The notes beneath the pieces are model-generated. The model was not told where the DNA came from and did no database searches. It worked only from the letters and a program-made list of their open reading frames with translations. DNA of 64,000 nt, from NCBI GenBank assembly GCA_051362555.1, contig CM120641.1, positions 44,336,401 to 44,400,400 of the forward strand, in the 5' to 3' direction. A program made the position numbers and the translations under genes. This stretch comes from Lingula anatina. Taxonomy: Eukaryota; Animalia; Brachiopoda. Positions 29,041-42,203 of the stretch are shown here, one piece after another (position 1 is the stretch's first letter; every line of letters begins with the position of its first letter).

Positions 29041-31166
29041 GTGAGTATTTGTCAACTCCAAAAACACCTATCACGCGTGATTAAGTATTGATCTAAGGAT
29101 ATTTGCACATAGGTCGATTTTGCAAAAAAAAAACTTTGGAACCTTTTAACCAAAATTTAGGTCCACTTCAGTTGAGGATGGTTTAAGAGTTGTGACGGTT
29201 TTTCAGCCTTAAGTTCTTTTGTTAAAGCGACACTGCGACTTTTTTGGTTTCCCAACATTTCATCTGTTGAAGACATAGGATACGAGACAAGGAAAGGCAC
29301 GTGATAAGGCGAATTTTTCTGGTTTTTCAAGACGATAGTTGGATCCAAATTATCCAGTTATTGTGCTTGTGCTTTAGGGCAATAAAAATTGGCACACTTT
29401 GTTGTCACCCTAGATCACTGCAGATCCACAGGGCAGGAAAAGCCCAGGTATGGCTTGGATCCATCTAAGGATATGGTGAGGAGGTCAGCAGGATATTCCT
29501 TCTTTATTCCAGTTGCCCTGTATTTCTGTTTAAAACCGTTTTTCGCTTTCATTGCCCTCCCAGGTTTATTTGATAAAAAACAAGTGCACAGTTTGCTTAC
29601 GAGTTCGGAAAGGTTAGTAATGCAATTGCAATGTTATTCATTCGTCACTAGAAGTTTCCTGGGAGGAAACCACATTGCATTTGAATTTTTCACTTTTCCA
29701 GACATTTCCATGAGCAACCTGTGCGCTGGGTATTTATCGAAAAAATAACGGGGCTGAGTCATATACTGACCTTTATTCTGGGGCAAACTTCTCACAGACA
29801 ATATTTTTATAGATGAGGTCCACGACGTGCTATCAATATAACTGGCAATAATAAAACCTGGTGTTCATAGACTTGGGCATACGTACATGCACCTGGCTCT
29901 ACTGTGAGCGCTAATGTTGAAATACAAAGGGCAAAACAGTTCACGGACATACGCCGTTTGAATTAGCAATACTTCCCAATTGCACGCATTACCAAAATAA
30001 TTGGCAGTGCCATCAAAGCAAATAATCTAGAAAATTTCCTAATATCAAAGCAAAACGGAAACTGCATAAAACTGAGTTGAAACAAAAGGAAAACAGCTAT
30101 ACTAAACAGAAACGTTATATGGTAAAATCTTGGTCCCAGAATGAGACAACTATAATATTTGTTTGTTTCTTTCTCATAATGGGAAAGTATTGTGGTGAAA
30201 TCTTGAAACGGTATATAAAGACTGATCCTTCTTTCTCGTTGCATTAAAAGATATCTTTTTAAAAACAACAGAAAAGCCCTTTTCTCTCATAACAGCACGC
30301 GAGAGACATTTAAAAATAAGAATGAAAAAAAATTCGAAAATTTACTTATCTGATGCATTTGTTTCGCCCATTATTTTCTTGTGTGGTTACACAGTCTGAT
30401 TGTGTACCCTTAATCGCAGATGCATTACGATTGTGTTGTAGTTTATTATGTGATTATGTGATTCTTTCTTCATCCAGCATTGATGCGAGTAAAGGTGGCG
30501 TGGTTAAACAGCTATTGTAGCTTTTCCTATATTCAGTATCAGTGCCTTACGTAGAAATTCCCTTATGTTTGTCAGTGCGTGCGCGCAAGCGTGTGCAAGA
30601 GGATTTTTGCATCGACGAATATGTGTATTCGTATACATGTACAGCTATTGCGAATGCAATTATATGCGAAATGTGAAAGGGTGTGTGTCAACAAACATTA
30701 CTGAGTGCGCATGTCGGGTAACATGTTTGTTGTTGACCATAACAAATAAAAACACGTGGCGTAACAGTTGGTAAAGTGTTGGAAATAGTTCTTTTTTGAG
30801 ACCCAATTCCTTTAATTTGATAAATATCGGCGGCCCAATGCGTGACTCACCTTCTGTTAGTAAAATCTTGGGAACACTTACACAACTAACAAGTCCAGTT
30901 GGTACGTGTTTTTGCACCAGTGCATCGTAAAAGTCATTTGCTGTCGAAAAAAAATTACCCACGGAGAAACTGCTCTGTAACTCAATATTTCAATGGTTTT
31001 ACAATTGTACTTTGTGCTTGTTGTCTGTCTATGCAGCAACGTGAGATCATCTGCACTGATTTAGGGCGCTATTTATTCAGTAATAATAGCTCAGTAAGAT
31101 TCTGGCCGGGAGCAAATCGGAACCGCGTGTATCAGAAAGAAGCAGTCGATCTAGAACCCTAGAAGG

Positions 31167-31174
31167 TATATAAA
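31167..31174 (+). promoter_or_regulatory. TATA box of the second CRD gene
   Basis: TATATAAA about 140 nt upstream of ATG 31311. Confidence 0.6.
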
Positions 31175-31310
31175 TACGAGCTGCATGGACAAACCCGCGT
31201 TCTATTCTTAACCGCTACGTGGTGAGTTTATTTGGCTAGTCTTCTTAAAGAGAAGAGAGCCCGGCTAAAATCAACTTTCGCTTTAAATAAGTAAAAAAAA
31301 ACTGAGAAAG

Positions 31311-34300
31311 ATGTCGAAGAAAATATTCTGCTGTGCGGTTCTCTGGTGCGGTTTGACAATAGCTGCAGTGTCGGCTGTCAGCTACCAGTGCGAGGAGACG
31401 AAAATCCCAATGTGTATGTCCTACACCAACAAGACTATTGTGCCGAACGTGCTGGGTTACACTAGGCAGGACTATGCGGCTTTAGAGCTCATCTTTTTCG
31501 AACCTCTTGTGAAGATGAAATGTTCGCCCTACCTCCACCGCTTTTTGTGCGGCATGTACACACCGATGTGCGACCGTTACGGCCTGGCCGATAAACCGAC
31601 GCCTCCCTGTCGGAGCATCTGCCGTGCGGCCAAAACCGCGTGCGAGCGAGACATGTACAAGTACGGGATCGTGTGGCCGGAGAACTTTAACTGCGAGAGT
31701 CTCCCGGACGATATAGCGGACCCTATTGGTACTCGCTGCGTTGGCAAGCTGGCCCTGATGATCCCTGGGTTGGGGTTAGGTATCATGTCACGCCAGGGGA
31801 ACGGCAATGTCCAACTAGAAGAAAAAGAGGGTGAGTTTTAACCCCCCCTCCCCCAGCTTCAGCGGGCCTGAGGTGGTAGCATGTTAAACTGGTATCCTGG
31901 TGCTTAAAAATGCGTTGTCAAAACTACAGGTGATGTGACTTGCATCTCCCATCCCAAATTTCGACTGAGTGTACTATCATATTATATCGATGTAAGTCAT
32001 AGTCTGTTGTTGTTGTTTATTCATTTGTTTGCAAAAAAGGTTATGTTAAAGAAACATTTAGTTAATCTTTAGCGACGTATAGAAAAACGTCTGGAAAGGA
32101 AAAATAATGTAAAAGAAATCTTAATAAAAAATAATAGTGAAGACCGATTGGGAGATTATAGGCCTATTATTCACCTATCGAGGTCAGGTCTTATTTCTCC
32201 CGTGCACCTTTGACAGTGGTTCGGCTAGGGTCTCTGTGGTGACCTATGTTTCTTTTACATTACATCTTAATTGAAATAAAACTATGGTTAATTTGTATGA
32301 GAAATAGCCTGGGCCATAGCGTGCTAACCGCAGTGTTTTTGCTTTTAAAAGGTTACACGTGATCGTGCGAATTCACAACAACTCGCTGGAGACATAAGTT
32401 AATACCCTGTAAATTTAATCATTAGATTTTAAATCAAAACGTATGTACTCTGGTAAACCTCTAATTTGACGAACAGAAACTTGGCATAGAAAGAGAAAAG
32501 GCAGTGAGGTAATGCAAAGTCAGCTGAAACATTTGTGATTCATAAATATTTTGGTTATGTTCGACCTATATTTTACAATTAGTGTTTCGAAAAGCTTATT
32601 TTCGATTATTTGATCATAACGATTGAACTACGCAGAAACCAGGTTAGATTTCTGTCACTTAAGACGATGAACATTGATTTTTTACTGGTCACCATTTTAG
32701 GAAAGGGTGCACTTTTTTTATCAGAATGCCCAATCAATATTATACATGTAATTTGCTTCATAGGTCTTAGGTGGAAAATATCTCCATTAAGATTTTTCCA
32801 GTCGCTTTCAGTATAATCTTACAAAATTTTATAAAGAAACATGGCGTAAGTATTTATGCTCTCTTCTAGTAACAGTGAACAGTAGTACTGTTTCTATTTT
32901 AAAAGACATTTGACTTTTCAACCAGGGACAGACTTCCGTTCCTATAAACTTGATTATCTGGAATAGTTTAGTATAATCTCTTGCAGACAATTTGCAAACG
33001 AGATTGTACACCGGAAGAGTAATGTTACTACAGCGAGTTCCAATATATTCTTTCTGTTAGTGTGCTGTATTTAGAGAAATAAGGCACATGGGCCGTGGAA
33101 CTACGCAGGATTTCTACTTAACACAGCGAATAACTCATTTATGTAATTTTCTACTTAAAGTGTAAACCTGTGTAAAGTTTTATTTTTGGTAGCATTGCCA
33201 CTGTGATGCTGCACGACCCTTGTTAGTAAAACTAGTACTTAAAATTAAGTCTTTTAAATAGAAAATTGATGGCACAAAGCTCGAATTCACAAATAGCATC
33301 TGTAAGAGATACTCTTGTACATGCACTGCTGTTAGTTACTCCGCAAGATTCACAGTGAATGATACAGAAAAGAAATAAATGTTTTTGGCATATTAACAAA
33401 GTCTGTAATTTTAAAGATTATTATCCATTCATTTTAGGTTAGAAAGGACAATTGAAGGATTGATTAAAGAATTGCTTCTAACACTCTAAACACCGAGTGC
33501 AACTACCGCCCTGTGAATGTACGTCCCGCGTGTCACAGAGTGCTTTTAATCCAGAACACAGATCAGGCGGTGCGTTAAAAGTGAACAAAAAGACAACTGT
33601 AATGCGCAAGAAAAAGAAAAGTTTAACTACCTATTGGGTATTTCAATCAGAGAGAAACTTGCTAAGCCTCGCCCCCGCCACAAATCTTGACCAGAAAGTC
33701 TTTGTGCTGTGTCAAATCTCTTAAGGTGCTTTCCCAGAGATTTAGATCGATCTAAAGATTAAGTTTTAGATCGACCTAACTCCCTGGGGGTTCAGGCTAA
33801 ATTGCAGTCAGCCGAGCGGACACCATAGTTAATTACCCCCTTACAGCTTTTAGTAGGCGGGACAGACGCTTAAGCCGGCCAAGCTGACAGTAATCTAGTG
33901 AGACTCCCCACAGGGATAGATCGATCTAAAAATCTATGGAAATGGGGTGTTAGGCGAAGGTCCAGTAGTCATACAATCGCCAGAGGTCAGCGTGCAGAAG
34001 GAAAACATTTTCCGTAGACAAATAAACTTAGTCTGGTTTCTGATTTTCCTGATATCAAGTCCAGTGACCCATCGTCTAGTCTTGATTAAAAGTTTACCTT
34101 TGCAGAGACTTTTTTGCTTTTCACGTGTGAACCACCACGTGTATTTGGCCTCATAGGCTCTATTCAGAATAGGGGACTGACTGTATGGCGACCCACTACA
34201 AAGCTTGCTGTCTAATCCGCAAATAGACATGAATAGACATTCCGTGGGGAAGTATTCAAGTGGGTCGGCCATATTTGACCCTGGGACTAGTTAGTCCCCT

Positions 34301-36762
34301 ATTCTGAGTGGGGCCATAGGACCATACTCACACAACTACAGGGTGTTGATGGGACGTGAAATTTAAAAAATTAATTTACATGCCTGGTCGAATGTTTCGC
34401 CAACCGAAAATTGGTCTTAGCCGAGACTTCTCTGATCATAGCCGACTAAGTTGAAAAAAATTGAAGGCCATCCTACCTCCATTTTCGATGTTTTACTTTC
34501 GCCACGGGGGCTAATTTTGACTGTTCTGACATTGATTTTTTACTGACGGTAGTAACAATACTTCAATAAGTACTTCAACTTCATTTTTTGTGCGCCAATT
34601 TTTAGCAAAACTCTAACAGAACAATATGACAAAGCCGACTTAACGTAGTCGGCTGTCCACGTCTAGTAGTCTCCGCTAAAGCCTGTAAATTCAGATTGTT
34701 TAAAACAGTTCCCAGGTAATACTACCTCTTTATCACATGCACTCAGGTGGTAATGCAACTAACGTACTACAACACATCGTCTGCAGCAGCTCGACAAATT
34801 TGACACCAGAGACGAGAGAAATCAGTGTAAACCAGCAAAACATTTCCCAACCTATTGTATTGTGATTAGTAATACCCAAGCGATACTAATCTAATAAAAA
34901 CTTTAATTGTATTGCAGCCAGATTCAGCGCTGGTGTTCACGTCGATAACATGCACCGGTACTCTCTACGCGTGTGTACGTTCTTTGAACAAAGCGTCTGG
35001 AACTTTATCCCAGCTGCTGCTAAAAAATTACGAAACATTGCATCAAATCGCGATTGTTTTTAAACATTAGGTAAAATTTGAATTGATTGTCTTCATTTCA
35101 TACACGGCTGAGTGAACTTGGAGTTGTTCAACAAGGCGTAAGGTCGGCGAGAGTATATAACAACTAATCTGGAGTAAAGATGCTGTAGATCTAGCCCCTT
35201 TCTAGAAGTTAATAATCATTTCACAATGTTCTGATGTAGGCCTATGTCTCTCCTAGATGGTTGGGAAAATGGTGTTCTCAATGCAATGTGACTATCTTGC
35301 TGACTTCTTTAGGAGAAAGAGAGAAAAAATCAAAATGATAAAAGTAACAGACATTATTTACACCGATATTTAATCTCTTCCCCAGCCGAGAGCGAAAAGA
35401 AAGAAGAGCAGACGATAACCAGCCGTGACGACCCCTTGACGGCAACGTCGCAAGGGCACAACCACCTTACTCACGATACACACGATCCCAGACCGCATAA
35501 TACTCTCGACAAAAAGAACGGCATCTCCCCGCGCCGCTACGATATCAAGGAATATGGAGAACCGTACTACTTTAGTGGCTGGGTGGATGTACAGGGTCAA
35601 GGAGCGGCCAACGACTACTGCAGGTATACAGGGGTGAAACTAGTACTTTGATATATGAAAATAGCTAACACTGCTTTAATGATGCACTGATGAAAATATT
35701 TCCACATCTTTCTCTGTGATGTGCCCAATGAATTATAACTGCTTATTTCATTACCCTTTTTAGTACAAAAAAATTTAAAAAAAAAAAAAAAAAAGAAGAG
35801 ACTGAAATCAATTAAGAAGCGGCAAAATTGTTACGAAGGGAAAAATCTACTCTAAAAACTATAAAATGTTCTAGCCATAAAACTTACTCAAAAACATGAC
35901 AGCGTCGTGTATATATAACGGTACTCTTAGCCTGCCCTCTGATATCATGCCCCCCCCCCCCCCCCCAAATACTTTACAAAGTCACCCTGGTTTTCAACAT
36001 ATTTGTACATGTAACAGACTACTAACACACGCTGTGGTCAGAGAGCACTCTTTGCTTTATAATCATACTAAACAAATATTTCCCGTTAAACAAAAATTAT
36101 GTCCGACATCGAATTTGGTTTGGGATTAACTTCTCATAAGTGAAAACAAATTAAACTGAACTGCCTTTTTTTTCTTTTTCAGAGTCATCGGGCGTGGCCG
36201 CTCCAGCTTTCTGTCATGCGCACTGGCGGGCACCCACAGTGAAAGACATTTCTACGTCTCGGAGAAAGGGTTCAACGTCGGTTGGAGGGATACCTGGTTT
36301 ATGAGGGACATGGACGACGATGGGAGAGACGATTACTGCAGGTTTAAATATTTTGATGTTTTTTATCTTGTTTAGTTTTGATCACAGAAAATGGTTAACA
36401 AGTTATATGTACTCCTTCGATTTTTAGTCAAAAACATGCTATACTTTATTGCAATCACTCATACATTGGCGGCATAAGATGGGTTGTTTAAGAGATCCAG
36501 GCACGGGGCTCTTTGCCTTCTGGTACTTTGATAATACATATCACAATCAGTTGTCCAAAGCAATTGCGTTTTCGCAGCTAATGCATTCTATTTTTCTTTC
36601 AGATGTGTTGGGTCAAAAACCCATTCGAGGGTTTCCTGTATGAAGGCAGGCGACAGAGGTTTCTACGGTAGTATTACTCAGCGAGGCAGTCAATACACCT
36701 TTGACGTTCCAGGAACCGATAACTGTCACCGCAAGCGAGTCAATCCCTATTTTGGGTTATAA
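31311..36762 (+). CDS. Secreted Frizzled-type CRD protein with two C-terminal DYCR (FG-GAP/calcium-blade-like) repeats, 358 aa (exons 31311-31830, 35386-35623, 36183-36341, 36603-36762)
   Basis: Signal peptide. Ten-Cys CRD (CEE..IPMC..TIVPNVLGY..FEPLV..CSPYL..FLCGMYTPMC..PPCRSIC..C..MYKYGIVWPENFNC..C). All introns are GT-AG with phases 1,2,2. Total 1077 nt open to TAA. Repeats WVDVQGQGAANDYCRVIG...LSC and FMRDMDDDGRDDYCRCVG...VSC. Confidence 0.9.
33725..33945. mobile_element. Probable MITE with imperfect inverted ends containing the TAGATCGATCTA palindrome
   Basis: Left tttcccagagatttagatcgatcta versus right tagatcgatctaaaaatctatggaaa. TSD unclear. Confidence 0.5.
34156..34315. mobile_element. 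160-bp MITE (PIF/Harbinger Tourist-like)
   Basis: About 27-bp TIR ggctctattcagaataggggactgact / agttagtcccctattctgagtggggcc. Inner inverted repeat atggcgacccact / agtgggtcggccat. 3-bp TSD ATA on both sides. Confidence 0.8.
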
Positions 36763-37110
36763 ATTTAGATTTGTAACGCCAGAAACATGTCACAGTCAGG
36801 GAGAATTTTATTTTTTAAATCAAAGGTTCAAAAATTTCTGTTCTCGGCTTCTATACCCAAGTGCTGTGCACTTTTTTAAAAGGCCGTCTCAGGCTCGATT
36901 TGTAAATATCAAGAGCTCATATCTGTCAACACACAAGTTGATTCAAATGTAGCTAATTTTGTCGATTGAGATCCGAGGATAACAGGATTGTGAGCCATTG
37001 CAGTGACAAACACTGCACACTTCGTGTTGGTAGAAAACGGACACTTAGGACGTTGGAGGCCTCACGGTTGGTCAGGAAGCAAAGACGAGTTTCCCCTTCA
37101 AAGGACCATG

Positions 37111-37326
37111 GTGCAAGCTTCACCAAAGAACTCTAGACCAAAATTTTGTCTCGACTTTTAGAGTACAAGTTTTGGTCTTTTTCAATTCTAGATAAATGCG
37201 AAGTAGTCCACTAGAAGTAACTATTGGCCTTAATTATGTGCCGTTTGTCTTTTAAAACCATCTTATATCTTTTTTTCCTTCAAGCTAAAACGAACTTTTG
37301 GACTAATTCTTTGGTAAAACAAGCAC
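37111..37326. mobile_element. Degenerate MITE, copy 2
   Basis: TIR gtgcaagcttcaccaaagaa / ttctttggtaaaacaagcac. Core ccactagaagtaactattgg shared with 2852-3190. Confidence 0.55.
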
Positions 37327-38129
37327 ATCATTTTTTGTACAAGCAAATGTCTGTATGGACACTGTGAAAAGAAATCTGTCCTGTGAAACTCACATTGGAT
37401 GACAGCTGAGCAAGTGTCAATCACTTTACAATCTTGACATGGTAGCTATTAGTATATTCAATTTCTATACAAATTGGAAATTTTTGGATATGAATTAAAA
37501 GGCATGAAACAGACGTATTTTTAGTTGTGCAATTAATGCAACAATCCAACGATGGGCAAATGAAATTATTGTAGTTGGTCTAAACAGGTCTAATTACTCA
37601 GCTCATCATTTTAAAGGATTCCAACCCCAGTGTCTTCAACTCCCCTCACCTCCCGTTCATACCTCATATATTAGTTGTTTTTTTTTTTTTTTGGATAGAA
37701 ACAAAATTCTACATTCATGAATTCTAGTGAAGCTCACCAGATATATAATGACAAATAATTCACATAGAAAACTATTTAAATATGAGTATATATAAATGTA
37801 TATTTGCAACTCAATTCCAAGTATTCACTGTCCATAATGTATCCCACAAACTGCCCAGTAAGATCATCCAAACAAGTCCAGCTTCTTGGAAAAATTGTTG
37901 CTTCAGTTATGAAATGATTAAATTCTACACTGTACAAAAATTTACATCTAAGACAACATCGGATGACACCAGAAATTACACATAAAATGACGTCCTCATT
38001 CAAGGGTATTATGTTATATAATATACTGCATTCACAATATAAATCCTTTCAGTCAGACAGACTGTTACAGACTGTAATAAAATTATTACACTGGTGAGTC
38101 ATCAAGTCTTCCTTTCTTTCTGGAAGGCT

Positions 38130-40805
<2,676 letters not shown>

Positions 40806-40927
40806 TCACTAACAAATAAAAACTTTTATAAGATAATCGGAGTTTCGCAAACTGCTTTAAGTCGAAAATCTTAATTTAACGTCTTGCAGTATCTCGAGAT
40901 GGCTCCGATGACAAAGGTGCTCTAAAA

Positions 40928-41076
40928 TTCCGCGGGAGACGGCTTCTTCGCGCCAAATCACTTAAAATGGCGGGAACTATTTATAGCCTTTGTTTTGATT
41001 GGTTTGATTGGACAAGTTCTGACTTGCCTTGGAGTTCCCGGAAGTCTCGCGAACGCAAGTAACAAATCTCGCGATA
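40928..41076. promoter_or_regulatory. Bidirectional PCNA/MICU1 promoter: E2F, YY1, CCAAT, ETS and TCTCGCGA motifs
   Basis: TTCGCGCCAAA 40947-40957 (E2F). AAAATGGCGGGAA 40964-40976 (YY1/E2F overlap). Two ATTGG at 40998 and 41007. CCGGAAGT 41038-41045. Two TCTCGCGA near 41045 and 41067. Confidence 0.7.
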
Positions 41077-41824
41077 ACCAACATGGTGGTAAGGTGGACA
41101 AAATAATATCAACAAAAAGTATTTTCTTCCACGATCTTGTCTACATCAATGACAGATTAAAATTAGCACTCTCTGGTAAGAACAACTCAGCTGTTAGATG
41201 GAAGAAGTGAAATTAATGTTATTGAAGTCCTAACATTTATTGAGAACATTAAAGCATTATTACTGCTGCATGCGCAGCAGGTAGTGGGTAGTCCAGTGTC
41301 TAAACATTCGACTTTCTCTCATTTCATAATATGGCAAAGTATAGTCAACTCTTACGCGTCATAAACTAAATAAATGCATTTTCCACTATCCAGTTTAATA
41401 CAGTTATAACATTATATATTTTGTATACCTCTCTTGTGAGGGGCTAGCGCATGCTACTCAACTCGTGTTATCCCCATACGGTACATGAGTTTACAGATTT
41501 ACTTCAAATTTGACTAAACAGATAAAATATTTAAACTACTATTTAAACTACAACTTTTTTTCTTTTATGGCTAAAATCGAGTGTTGTATAAGTATCTTTT
41601 ACTGTATGTTTATTAGGCAATAACAAGCACTGTGCATTATTTTGTTTAGCACAGTACAGGTAAATATTGTTATAATTAAATAGCTCAAGACAAACCGAGG
41701 GAACTACACGTACCTTCAAGAAAGTATATGTGGGTATACATCATTGATGTAATTAATTAGTCTATGAAAATGAATATTCATTGCTTTAACATTATTTTAT
41801 TTGTGATTTAGGTAAAAAACAACC

Positions 41825-42149
41825 ATGTTTTTCCTCCGCACTTCTTCGGCAGCCATTGTGCTCTGCAGAGTCTCCAGGACCTGTGTGCTACTGCCTAATG
41901 CCAGACGCCTCAGTTCAAAAGAGACACAGCAGGCTATCGCTAAGGAACTGGCTGCCATGGAGAAAAGGGCATCACTACAGGCAAGCAACTCTTTGAAAAG
42001 GAAACGCAAACCTACCGATCCAAAGGTCTTGTATTCAAACTTTGGACACCAAAGACCAAGAGATAGCAAGACACAGATTATATGTCTTTTTTCTTTAGGA
42101 TGTGCAGTTATATATTATATTTTTTTCAATGGGTGAGTTGTTATTCTTG

Positions 42150-42203
<54 letters not shown>

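Noticed and set aside
24419-30050. TCF/LEF-like sites (ACTTCAAAG 24419; ATCAAAG 30012 and 30044; also ACATCAAAG 4177) suggesting Wnt feedback on the CRD genes
   Set aside because: Short AT-rich motifs expected by chance at this density; needs conservation or ChIP evidence.
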